Positions 35,298 to 54,444 of a stretch of 64,000 nucleotides of DNA are shown here, piece by piece; position 1 is the stretch's first letter; every line of letters begins with the position of its first letter. The notes below the pieces were generated by a model, which was not told the origin of the DNA, did no database searches, and saw only the letters and a list, made by a program, of their open reading frames with translations. This DNA is from the human T2T-CHM13v2.0 reference genome, Homo sapiens: NCBI RefSeq assembly GCF_009914755.1, contig NC_060939.1, one strand, 5' to 3'. Position numbers and translations under genes: made by a program.

Positions 35298-36034
35298 AGA
35301 AAAAATTTTTTTAAGAGAAGGCATGCTACCTAGAAGGTGTTCTCAGTGGGAGTTGGGAACACCTGCACCCATCCTGGGAAGATATCACCCACAACTAGAA
35401 GGTATCTAAAGTTCCCAGAAGTCTGGGACATGACTATAAAGTATAGTTGCCAGTCCTCACCAGGGTAAACTCCCTGAGTTGTACTGGCTTAACATGAGGC
35501 CTTGGGGGTGGTCTGTTAGGGGGCTGTTAGTCTGGCAGAGAGAGCAAATCTTGGTCGCTTGCTGTGCTGTCTCTCCAAGGTTAGGAGTGGTCATCATTTG
35601 AAGGAGCCAATTGTACAGGGTTCTGTACTATAATTTCAGCTCTCATGGGCCTCCTTAACTACCTGGGTGGCTATGGCTTTTGGAAAAATCTCTTGTCTCT
35701 GGGAGTTTTCAAGCCATCCTGGATATCCTCCTCTTTTTAGGAACACTTCCCTGGGGGTTACTGCTAGGGAGCCGGTGTGTCACCTACAGCAATTGCTGTA
35801 TAATACCATGTCTGATACAGCAGCTACTGGTGTTAAGGAGGCTGTAGGTCTCAGGAGGGACCAGGTATCATAAGGCACTTCATGGGGAGAGTCTAATTCA
35901 GGAAATATTTGCTTGCCTTCTCTGGGTTTTATCTTTGTGGAAGTCAATTTACACTTCTTTTGCAGTCCGTTATTCTGGCATAGGGCCATGAAGTACTGCA
36001 TTTTGCTTTTGGCAAAAGCTGTCTTCTTAAGAGA

Positions 36035-38771
36035 TTTTCCCACTTTCTGAAATGAAAATATGTTATAAATATTTTCAGAGTAGTTGTTAACTGCACATCC
36101 ACTGGGTTGAATCTGTATAATGCCATCAATGCCATGGACCAGTGTGATACCTTGTGAAAGGGGAAGGTGATCAGCTTCTCTGCAAATTGTGACTTAGTGA
36201 AGGAGAGTTGATACACCTTTGAGGTAGGACAGAGAAGGTATATTACTGGCATTGTTGCTGAAATTGAACTGCTTCTGATGGACCTTATGGAGAGAAACAG
36301 AGAAACAGCATTCACTAGATCAATAGGAGTATACAAGGTACCAGGGTATGTGTTAATTTTCTCAAGCAATAATATAATGTCTGATATAGTAGCTGCAATT
36401 AGAGGGAACACTTGGTTTACCTTATGGGAATCCACTGTCACTCTCCAGGATCCATCTGTCTTTTGCACAGGCCAAATTACACAGGTGTGTGGTGAAATCA
36501 CAACCCCTGCATCATTCAAGACCTTGATAGTGGTGGTAATCTCTGAAATTTCTCCAGGGATGTGGTTATGAATTTGATTTTCTATTTCCCTAGGTAGCTC
36601 TAGTGCCTTCCATTTAGGATTTCCCACCTTACTAGCCCTCACTCCACAGGTCAGGGAACCAATGTGGGAAATGGGCCTAGTGCTAACTATGTCTATTACA
36701 GCTGTGCATCTGCAACTGGGGAAATTACCAGAGTATGTGTTTGTGGACCCACTAGACCCACTGTGATTTGATCTGACTAAAACTTGATTAATCACCTGAC
36801 CTCCATATGCCCCTGCTCTGACTAGCATTCCATAGTGATGTTTTTGAGTCTTGTGGAATCAATGTGAGCTCGGAGCCGGTGTCTAGTAGTTCCCCAAAGT
36901 TCTTACTATTTTCCTTTCCCTGAAACACAGCCTGTTAAAAGGCTGTAGGTCCCCTTTTAGGAAGGATAGGAGAAAGATTAACAGAATAAAAGCTTTTGTG
37001 GTATACCTGGGTCCTTCATCAAGGGGACCTGGCTGCTCCCTCCTTCAAGGAATTCTTGACTGTAAACTGGCTCTAATCTGGGATTTGAGTAGGGGCTGTG
37101 ATTCTCTACTTTTCTGTTTTGAGTTAAACTTCTGTAAACTTAACATGAATGTTTTCAGTATATTCAGATCAATTAACAACTTATTAGGCTCTTACGTATT
37201 TCACTTCTAAGAGTACCAGGATTTTCTGGCCAACACCATAGATCAAATTGAGTCAGACTGACCTGACTGTTGGTTTACCTTTGCTGACTGTTAACGGTAA
37301 CTATGCCCACCTTGACTTTGAAGGTTGACAGCTGCCATTTGGCCCTGGGACTCCTGAGATCCACTTATTCTCAATGCATTTAAATTTTTTATTGAGTGAC
37401 TGTGGTTTTCATTCTACAGAGAAAGCAGGAGGTTATTCGAGGATGCTGGGCTCCCCTCACAAATCTGTTTCTCAAAGTATTGCAGAAAGGTGTGTCTTCT
37501 GGACACTCCCAGAGTAGGTGAGTAAATTTCAAATGACAAGTGCATTCCAGAGTCCCATTTGTTCTAAGCCTTTGAATCTTTTCCTCCACATAGGCCAAGG
37601 GAGATCACACACATCCAACTGGATAAAGGAGGGCCATCTTTTGATTCATGGTTCAGCCAACCAAACAATTAGAGCCCTTTCTAACTCCCCATACTGCAGC
37701 ACTAAAACCAGTGTCTTTGTTTAATGGGTCCATATCAATAAATTTGGGCTGATCCGACTTTATGTTTTCTCCACCCATTATCCCAACTCTTAATATCCTT
37801 TTCCACATGTGTTCCCCAGATTTCTGCTTGTATAAATTAGAAAACTCAAATAGTTTTCTTGGACTGTAATGAAGTTCCTGTGGGTCAAACTTTGTATGTC
37901 ATTTTTAAGGGACTGTTGGAATTCGAGTCTACTTACAGATCCAGAAGCAAAAAGGAAGTGGTGGGTGTGGGGTCTGAGGAGAAGCAGCACTGCATTCCTC
38001 AGCAACTGCTTCAGGGGAGTCCACTATCTTTTCCTCAGGCAATGCTGGATTACTCCCTTCAAACAGAGGTGGAACTGGATATACCAATGTGGGTGGGGAG
38101 GCCACTGCCATGGAGATGGGTGTAGGGGGCCATTTTCACTGGCAGAGACATCAGAATTTCAGAGCTCAATGTCTCCAACCTCCACACAGTCTCCCAACAT
38201 GTTCCTAACCCAGTTTACAGGGTTTCATTCTTTCCTGAACAGTGCTATAAATTTACAGTAGACACCTTGCTAGGCTGGAAAGTCAACTTTCACAGTAATT
38301 CAGCCAACTGCTTGGTGATGGCTTGTGTTTCATTTTCAGCATTTTCAGCCCTATGACTACAGGAGATACAATTCTCTCTCAGAGCACTGTAAGGCTTTTT
38401 ATGTGGAGCTGGATTCTGAAGTTTGAATCTCTTAGTTTATCTTTTTTTATTCATCCCTTTGCTCAGCAACACTAGAAGCAGAGTCCTTAAGTTTTCCACT
38501 GATATTTAAAGATAATGCTTTCAGAGTCACCAAGTTCCTTGCCTCTTATCAGTGGTTGATTACTAGTGTCAAAGGCAGATGTTTGCATGTCTCTTAAGCA
38601 GTTCATGAAATGGACTAGCAGTGTGTTCTCTTTACTATTAGAAGTAGAGTCTTAAGCATTTTTAGGTATCATCAGGTTACCGATCCAAAATTTTAGAAAC
38701 CCCTAAGCCAGTGAAAAAAACTTATCCTTGAAATTTTGTTCCCTATAACCCATTCATGGTTAAAAAAAATC
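36035..38771 (-). pseudogene. ERV-L leader, gag, protease and RT N-terminal half
   Basis: EEKIQRLRTNGTLE/EDTPFCNTLRNRFVRGA (gag), LLDTGSELTLIP near 36855-36895, ORF 35944..36828 RT motifs. Confidence 0.9.
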
Positions 38772-40427
<1,656 letters not shown>

Positions 40428-41338
40428 ATTGGGTTTTGGAGTGTCACCCAAGCAGGTTTCTCATGAGGAGTTCAAAGTGCTGGGTTAATGTCAAGCAACC
40501 ATGATTTCCATAGCATCGTGCTGTGACCAAGAGTTGGTTATTGCAGAATATCTATGCATTTCCCTGAAGGGTCTGTGGGGGTGAAATAAGTGTTGTGTCC
40601 AGCTGTCCTACGTGGAATAGTCACCTGGAGAGCATTTTATAAGGACAAATATGGAATTACCACATTGAGGAAATTGGAAGAGGGCACAAACTGGAAACTA
40701 TCATGGATTTCTAAACCCTATTTCTGGTATGAGCAAATCAAACCTATATCCAAAATAAATGCCCAAGTAATATGAAATTTAAATAATTCACAGCAACATT
40801 TAAAATAGGAGTTCTTGTAGTGCAGTAATAACTCTAACTCTAATCCTTAGGTAGCAGGTAAACCCAGTTGTTCAACTAATTTGAAACTAGTTGAGCATGT
40901 TTCTTCAATAATAGACCAGAATACATCAGATGAGCCACCATGATTTTATGCTGAGAAGGAGGCAGTCATAGAGAAAAAGAGCGTGTTCCATTTATATTAA
41001 AGGGCATATTTTTTACATATTTCAAGTAGAGATGGATCATAAAATTAATATTGTAAGAACACTGTTAATCAGAAGACAGTCATAATGTGATTGCCTTTGT
41101 GTGCACACACATGAACTTGGTGTAAAAAACTCATTTTCACATTCTGGTGATACTGTTAATATAACTCATAGTGGGATATCAGTAGTTAAGAAAGATAATC
41201 TAACAGAAGGTTTTATGGTACTCACAATAATTGTGGCATCAACAAAGCTTCTAATTAGTAGTGATGATGCAATGTTGGGAAAATTCATGGACAACCTAAG
41301 TTGAAAAGTGATTTAGAAGAGTTTTATCTAAATATTAC

Positions 41339-41704
41339 CTATTTGTCTGTTTTCATGCTGCTGATAAAGACATACCTGAGACTGGGCAATTTACAAAAGA
41401 AAAAGGTTTATTGGACTTAGAGCTCCATGTGGCTGGGGAGGCCTCACAATCTTGGTGGAAGGCAAGGAGGAGCAAGTCATGTCTTACATGGATGGCAGCA
41501 GGCCAAGAGAGAGCTTGTGCAGGGGAACTCCTCTTTTTAAAACCATCAGATCTCATGAGACATTGGCTATGGTGAGAACAGCATGAGAAAGATGAAACCA
41601 GTGAAAGATGATTCAATTATCTCTGACCAGCTCCCTCCCATGACACGGAATTATGGGAGCTACAAGATGAGATTTGGGTGGGGACACAAAGCCAAACCAT
41701 ATCA
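41339..41704 (-). mobile_element. THE1 (A/B) solo LTR
   Basis: catgctgctgataaagacatacctgagactgggcaatttacaaaag...caaaccatatca. Confidence 0.92.
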
Positions 41705-41960
41705 TCTATTTTACTCTTATTTTCTATCTCATGTGATCATAGGAGTTACATAAGACATATATGTAAGTTCAAAAGTATTATTTTCACTATATATGAGATA
41801 AAATTTTTAAGTGGTAAGAAGAGTTACAGTTTTCCATAGTTTTATGCTTTTATTGAGACATAAAATAACAATGTATTTTACAATTGATGCATATGAAAAT
41901 TACTTGAAAAAAGCTGTCAATAGTAGCAAATACTGACTTTTAATGTTTGGTGTAGACCTT

Positions 41961-46160
<4,200 letters not shown>

Positions 46161-46162
46161 TG

Positions 46163-46262
46163 GGCCTGGTGTGAAGGTTCACATTTATAATCCCAGCACT
46201 TTGGGAGGCCAAGACAGGAGGATTGCTTGATCCCAGGAGTTCAAGAACAGCCTGGGAAACAT
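46163..46262 (+). mobile_element. Alu left-monomer/FLAM fragment
   Basis: aatcccagcactttgggaggccaagacaggaggattgcttga; no tail. Confidence 0.85.
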
Positions 46263-46264
46263 AT

Positions 46265-46630
46265 TCTTTCCCTGGGGTAGCTCCTGTTCTTTGGGTTCTG
46301 GGGGTAATAAGCTGTTGATTGAGGGGATAATTCTTAAGGCAAGTCTCACAAGCATTAATGACCTATTTGACTGTTGGTAGCACATTTTTACCTGAAAACA
46401 ATCTCTGGGGCAATTGATAGGTTTTATTCTTACTTTGGTGGAAGGCCTGGTGAAGGTTTCCATTGGCCGGCAGCTGGTAGATGAACCTTGCCATCCTCTG
46501 ATTGTAACCATCCTGAGGACTGAAACATGTATCCCTGAGAGGTGGCCCATTCTGTTTCCACAGAAGAATATTGAGGTTTTATCTTACAGAGCCTTCCCAG
46601 ATCAGAGGGGCTTCAAGTGGATCAGAAAAA
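46265..46630 (-). pseudogene. Class I (HERV-W/9-like) pol fragment, RNase H-integrase junction
   Basis: minus-strand PLEAPLIWEG..KPQYSSVETEWATSQGYMFQSSGWLQSEDGKVHLPAA with frameshifts. Confidence 0.8.
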
Positions 46631-48132
46631 CGTTTTTGATCCACTGTTTGGTCTGCCAGCATAGAACTGACAATAAAATACCCAAAACATGTCCTATAAT
46701 CTCTGGGACTGGGTCACATTCACCTGTAGATCCATCCAACCATATTTAGACCCAACAAAATTTAGAGGTGGACTCAAATGCAATGATTTACCATCAGCCA
46801 CAAAGAAATATAAGGAAATTAGTCATTTTACAATTGGTATATTATAGCTAGAAGTGATATGCCACTCATTTGAAATTCTAGCTTCAAATGAAATTAAGAG
46901 CACCTATTATGAGTACCTCCTAACCTGAAAGTCTCCTAAAGGAACACTCTCTCAGCATGGACAAACATGTAAGATACACTGGAAACACTCAAACTTTTGG
47001 CAGATAAATCAGCTGCCTATAAGGTAATATTTATTACAAACCTAATACAAATACTAAGAAATAAACCCTGGAAGGCACTAAAATTAAATTTATGTTCAAT
47101 ATAAAAGTCTCAAATTTTATTTAAAATTGGGCTGTATACCTTGGCAAAATAAACCAACATAGAGAAATTGGTAACCCATGTAAAGTAATTCACAATCTAA
47201 ACAAAATGATTGGCAAGCAAGGACATAAAGGCCAAACTGGCAACAGGACCATCTAAGGCCACCATCCGGATACCAAAATAACGGGAAAGACACTCCTGAA
47301 TTCCAAGACTAAACCCACCTCTTCAGAAACAGCAGTGAAAACAGAAATTTTACAAGACATTTTTTTCTTAAATCTTGGACCCCCCCAGGCTATAATACTT
47401 GAACTTGGGGATCACAGGACATATATACACTGGCTATAGAGATAGACAAATATACACATATGGACACATTTCTTTTAGACACCAGATGACAAATAAGCCT
47501 CCTTAGATACAGCGTACCACACTTTGATACAAACATCTCTATAAAGGACTGAGGAATATTAACTAGAGTCTCCCCAGTCTCTGCTTCTATATGCACTATA
47601 AATGTATTTCTTGCATGTTTTACTGTTCACCAAAATTAGAAAACATTACAGAAATGGATTGATTGCAAAGCTTTTAAACCTGAGGTGGCTTATTAAGAAA
47701 CTAAAGGAATGAAAGTTCTCTGACCTAACACAAATTAAAATGAAACCTCTAACAGTGACTACACCCCACCAGGCTACATACACTAAACAGTACCCATTAC
47801 AGGGAATACATGAAGAAATAAAAGCAAAGGATGTGGACTCCTCAAAGAAGATATTACTATAATGGGCATATTGAATAACTTTAATTGTCCAGTATGGCCT
47901 GTCCTGAAACCAAATGAGAGCTATAGATGAACTATTGATGATACCAATTTAAATAAAGTCTCACCTAAAATGCCAGAAACATTACCAGATGTAGAATTTA
48001 TTATTACAATTTCTTACTATAATCAAAAAGACTATGTAACCATAGACTTGTTAGATAGTGTCTTTGTTTTACCAGTAAAGAAAACCAGGAATATACCAAC
48101 TTTATTTACAAAGACAAAAAATACTAATTTAA

Positions 48133-48471
<339 letters not shown>

Positions 48472-50673
48472 CAGCCCACTGTATTTTATCATCACTCATA
48501 GATGAATTAAAATACACATCATTAATAATATACATACATGACATTAAATGTTAACACAATGGCCAGATAAATGTTAAACAAGAAACATCCCAATTAATAT
48601 TGCTTTTAAGATCACTGAGATAGACTATTCATATAGACAAACCACAGGCCCAGACACCAAATGCAAATTTTAAGGAGTACAACAGCCATTAGAAGGGAGA
48701 AAAGTAATGATGATAATGATAGATAAAAGCCCCTAAGGCATCAATTAACATGTAGGGCAAAGATTAGTAGGTTTATTTGGATATGGGAGACAGCATATGC
48801 CTATTTAAACATCATCCTAAAACCAATACATAAGACAACTAAGAATTTCCAAGTTCGTGTGGGGACAAAAACAAACATAAGCACTTGCAACACTGAAAGG
48901 CTACATTAACACATTTCACACTTTGCATCATCCATCTTCTGATTCACAACTTTGGTTGGAAATTCTGATGCGTGCTGAATGTGGAAAGGTCCATGGTCAT
49001 TGTGGACAAAGAAATTAGATTCTAAATTCTTCCTGCCAGTGGGATTTTGTACAATAAAATTTTCACACTAACAACAAATTAAAAGCCCATTTGAAAAATG
49101 TACATGGCCTACATGTACTTAAGATACTGAGCTTTTGCCTGGCAACAACATCATTACAGTTAGATGCTATGTGGCTCTCCTTCACTGGATAAAACTGAGT
49201 CCTGAAGAATTGACAGGTATCCAAATTGATTAAAGCTGCTCACCTGAAAATGGTGCATCCAGGGTTGAAACACTGGCCTTAAGGGTCAACCAGGTCTCCT
49301 CACTGAGGAGATTGTCAAGACTGAAATAGACTTGCCAGAATGTATTCTGAGGACAGGGACAATCCATGTCAATCTCGGCAAATGGGGCCCTGTCTGGTCT
49401 AATGTCTTGCTCAACACCTGGTTTACAGACGGATGAGCCTCCGTGACCCAAAGCCAGATCCAATGGACAAAGCAGCACTCAGATCCCAGGACCACACAAT
49501 CCTGAAGGAAGCAGATCAGTTACTCTCTGCACAGAGTGCAGGACTGATTGCAGATGTTCTAGCAGTCAGAGACTCAGTATTAGAAAAACAACATAAAATT
49601 TGCATTTTTACAGACTCATGGGCAGTTGCAAATGAAATAAACCTATGGTCACACAAATAGATACAAAATGATTTTAAAATTAATGGTAAAGATATATGGT
49701 CCAAGTTTTATTGGGAGGAAGTGAGTTATCAAACAGAATTAAGATACTTATCATACAACAGTACAACAAAAATATAATTCAGAGACCTTAAATTTTTATA
49801 ATCAAGTAGATGCATTATCAGGGAATATAACCATTGCACACAAAACACACCCCAACTAAAGCAACACAGAAATCCAGACAACTCATGGGACACTTCAGTA
49901 CCACCTCTACAATGCAGCAGAAAATTGGACAATAAATGGGAGATACCACAAGTACCCCTAATAATTATAGTAAAACAGGAAAGTGATTTTACAATTAAAC
50001 AGACACCAGAAGCAGCTTACACTTCACAAACACACCTCTAAGTATATAATGAAAAAAAGAGACTTAGGCACATGATCACTGTACAGGTGGCGATCAGACA
50101 AATTAAAAGTGGCATGGCATCAAATTCAATACGGCATAGGTAATTGTGAACAATATAAAACCAATCTAGAAAAGTATAGTTACACTAAACCCATAGACCT
50201 GGCACGTTCAACTTGGGCTAACAAAAGATTTTTATTGGATACTGAATCATCCCTACCCACAAACATATGCACTAAAAAAGCTGGATATATGTACAGCAAT
50301 TTGCATAGCAATAAAGTTAGCCACTTACCTGCCAAATACACCATCTCAGCCTTAGAATTTATGGTAGCTCACTGTGCAGCCCCTAAAAAATTTGGAAGTG
50401 ATCAGGTAACTCATTTTGCATCAAGCAATAACAGGCATTGGCAGATAAATGGGATATATAATGGAATTTTTTTTCCTACCTTATCATCTCACAGCAGCTG
50501 CATATATATAGATTTAAAATGGATTATCAAAAAGAGAATTAAAAACTTTAGGAAAAAATGAGTACAATCCAATAACCTGATACGTTTTAATTTAAAACAA
50601 TGAGAAAGACTCAATGAGAGCAACCCTACTCTTATTTTAATCAACTGACCTTAGTGGTCTTACAGAATAAGGA

Positions 50674-50968
50674 GGCTGGGTGCAGTGGCTCACTCCTGTA
50701 ATCTCAGCACTTTAGGAGGCCGAGGTGGGCAGATCACTTGAGGTCAGGAGTTCGAGACCAGCCTGAAAAGGGCATGGTGAAACCCGTTCTTTATTAAAAA
50801 TACAAAAATTAGCCAGGTGTCATGGCGGATACCTTTAATCCCAGCTACTCGGGAGGCTGAGGCATAGGAATCACTTGAACCCAGGAGGCGGAGGTTGCAG
50901 TGAGTCAAGATCATGCCACTGCACTCCAGCCTGGGTGACAGAGTGAGACCCTGTCTAAAAAAAAAAAA
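50674..50968 (+). mobile_element. AluS inserted between integrase core and C-terminal domain
   Basis: TSD agaataagga. Confidence 0.95.
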
Positions 50969-52390
50969 TAGAATAAGGAAGAAAATGATGTAAATATTAT
51001 CTATATCTTACAAGGTGAGCACTAAACTTAATGACATCAGTATCTCCCAAGTGGACATTGTGGCCAATGGACATGTAAATACTTACTGGACTATAGGAAA
51101 AATAGGAGAAATACAATTATACACAATCTGCAACCTTTCTCCTGGTTTTCACTAGAACTATATTTGTTATTATACTTTCTGCAAAATTGGTACTGCACTG
51201 CTGTTTTTTAATCATTGTATTAATGTAATTGAAATTGTATTGAATTCAATCGAATTTTACTTGCTACTAACCTAATACCATCACTTATAGCCATCACTGG
51301 AATAATAAAATATGTCACTCGCTTAAGACAACATCACACCTGTGAATTTTTGTAGCTTCTCAACTGTTGGTCTTACCACCTTTGTTATTCACATCTTACT
51401 AGCCATCATAGTGACTTTACAGTCTTGTGATTCCTTATATTGCCACCACAGAGATTGCAAACCAGAGTAATGCAAGCACACACTTCTCTCACTGTAGAAA
51501 AATTAAAAATTACACTATTTTCTTGCTAATTACATCATTGGATTAATAATTTGCACACCAACACCTGTAATGCACCTCCAGTGTATGGACTTAGCATCTC
51601 CAAGATCACATTCAGCAACTCCAAGATCTCTTATCACCCCTTTATGTTCTTGCCTTATTCACCTTTTTCTTTATCTTCAGCCACATCTTCACTGTCTAGG
51701 ATCTTTATGACCATCTCACCAGATTTTCTTGATGAATCAGCTGAAGCATGTGAGCTCCATCAGATAGGCCCAAACTGGAATGTCAAACCAGACCTGGTGG
51801 AAACCAGACACCACTACCAGTTTTATCCTCTCTGTGTTTGTGAAGTAAGTACAGCATTAGGAACCATTTTAAGCTCAGCTGAATACACAGGCTTTGAGGA
51901 TTACGGTGGTCCCCTGTCATATAGATTGTATTGCTAAACTGCTTAATAAGGTAAGAGAAAACCCATAGAACGAACTACCTTTGCTTTATGTACCTCACCT
52001 TACTCAAACTGCCATACCACTGCTAACAGCAACCCTATGCTGTGTTGTTAGAACAGATGAAGATGCAATGCATCAGTGGGGTATTGTATCTTAGTTTATT
52101 TGCAGTGTTATGTTTAATTTTTAATATCAGATAATATATGCATATCAAACAATGCAAACTCACACAGCACCTAAATTTGTAGGATTACCAGAACACACTC
52201 CACAATTTGTACTTTACAAAAATATATCATGTTTGGAACAGTTGCTGGAAAACCAAGGAATTGATAACAATAATATTTAGAGCCTCAATTAGACCATTTC
52301 CTTGACATTCATTTGACCCAATACAATGCCTGAAGAGTTTCCATACACATATCTATTCAGTGCATCTACTTTTTTTAATAACAGAGATAG

Positions 52391-53085
52391 GGTTGGTTCC
52401 AAGTCTTTGCTGTTGTGAATAGTGCCACAATAAACATACGTGTGCATGTGTCTTTATAGCAGCATGATTTATAGTCCTTTGAGTATATACCCAGTAATGG
52501 GATGGCTGGGTCAAATGGTATTTCTAGTTCTAGATCCCTGAGGAATCACTACACTGACTTCCACAAGGGTTGAACTAGTTTAGAGTCCCACCAACAGTGT
52601 AAAAGTGTTCCTATTTCTCCACATCCTCTCCAGCACCTGTTGTTTCCTGACTTTTTAATGATTGTCATTCTAAACCCAAATGTTCAACAATGATAGACTG
52701 GATTAAGAAAATGTGGCACATATACACCATGGAATACTATGCAGCCATAAAAAATGATGAGTTCATGTCCTTTGTAGGGACATGGATGAAATTGGAAATC
52801 ATCATTCTCAGTAAACTATCGCAAGAACAAAAAACCAAACACCGCATTTTCTCACTCATAGGTGGGAATTGAATAATGAGAACACATGGACACAGGAAGG
52901 GGAACATCACACTCTGGGGACTGTTGTGGGGTGAAGGGAGGGGGGAGGGATAGCTTTAGGAGATATACCTAATGCTAAATGATGATTTAATGGGTACAGC
53001 ACACCAGCATGGCACATGTATACATATGTAACTAACCTGCACATTGTGCACATGTACCCTAAAACTTAAAGTATAATTAAAAAAA
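52391..53085 (+). mobile_element. L1PA3-like 3' end, 5'-inverted (junction near 52672), inserted in an AluJ tail
   Basis: antisense ORF2 52391-52672 then sense 3' end with polyA; TSD aataacagagata. Confidence 0.93.
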
Positions 53086-53332
53086 TAATAACAGAGATAA
53101 GGTCTCACTCTTTTGTCTGGGCTAGAGTGCATTGGCACCATCACAGTTCACTGTAGCTTCAAAGTCCTGGGGTCAAGTGACCCTCCCACCTCAGTCTCCT
53201 GTGAAGCTAGAACTGCAGGTCCACACCACCATGCTCAGCTCGTTTTATTTTTTATAGAGACAGGTTCACATTATGTAGTCCAGGCTGGTGTTAAACTCCT
53301 GGGCCCAAGGGATCCTCCTGCCTTGGCTTTTT
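53086..53332 (-). mobile_element. AluJ (tail split by L1, remainder at about 52370-52390)
   Basis: diverged Alu reverse complement. Confidence 0.88.
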
Positions 53333-53619
53333 AATCAGTGCATCTTCATAGAAGTTCTTTATGTATTCCTAAATACACCTTGGAAGAAAGCATACGTGAC
53401 ATGACTAAAGACGACTCACCCACCTTATATACCTACAGCCAAGCATTTGTTGACATCACAAATCAACGGACAGCACACGTAGTAGATATAGAAATACTAG
53501 TATAAACAGAAATAGCAATCAAAGGATGTCATTACATAAAAAGCCACATATCAGACCAAACACCAATTCTAGTAGCCCATATAGAACTATATATTGAAGG
53601 ATCTAAGAATTGTAATGTT

Positions 53620-54440
53620 TTTAAATCGAAGTATGTCCTGGTGACTCTTGAAAGCAGTTTACTCTGATTGTTGCCTTTGCCCTGGTGCCAAGATGAGACT
53701 TTGGTTAACTTGAATTTGGTGTTAGATAATGGCAGGAGTCGGTGCCACTTTTTAGATGAGATATGTGTACTTAGGAGTCAAAGCTCTGTAACATAACAGC
53801 ACAAGGATAGTTAATAGCACCTAATAAGGATTTTTTTAAGGGGCTGGAGGTGGTCATACTATGGTCCATGACCTGACTGGAAGTGGTAAAAAAAATTTAT
53901 CATTCAGTGATTAATTTTATAGCTTTGATACAAACTTCAGCAATATGTCAGAGACTTAATTTAGGATTTGACTTTACCTCTGTCAAAGATGTTAAAGATG
54001 TTAAGAGTTTCAAAACATTTGATTAAAACAGAACCACCGGTCGTTGTAAAACAGTAGTTGCTCATTTTACCAAAGCAATAATCAAAACACTCTGAAGGCA
54101 ATAAAGAAGGTTACATGAATGTAAAAACCTTAACCCTTTTAGGTATTTTTTTAGCAATTAAAAAACTAATAAAGAAAGTATAGAATTATTTTGATAAAAC
54201 AAAGCAAAAAAAATGTTTCTTAAACCAGTTTACAGAAAGGCAGAGAGTAAAACTTGCAGTTATAGGAAGTCTATTTAGATAACCTGGATGTTAAATCTTA
54301 TGAAAATGTGTTTTGAATTTAATCAGACTCAGAGTTTATCTTCAAGTTTATGAGTATAGCAGGGGAATTCATAATTTTTTGTAACTACATGAGCAGTTTT
54401 CTGATTACATTGAAAATTTAAACATACAAAGAAAAGCCAA
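53620..54440 (-). mobile_element. MER4-supergroup internal fragment
   Basis: agagacttaatttaggatttgac...gtcaaagatgttaaa similar to other MER4-group internals in the window. Confidence 0.6.
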
Positions 54441-54444
54441 AAGG

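Larger units (their letters stand above)
51156..53600 (+). other. Putative 3' region of the A-rich class III element (unassigned decayed ORFs)
   Basis: same A/C-rich, G-poor composition continues past the pol stop; no known repeat recognised. Confidence 0.5.

Noticed and set aside
35944-36828. 294-aa ORF, longest in the window
   Set aside because: ERV-L protease/RT remnant that drifts out of frame and runs into the class I insert; no intact catalytic YIDD in frame
52005-52050. TLCCVV as env CX6CC of the class III element
   Set aside because: No upstream Cys at the right spacing in frame and no preceding ISD
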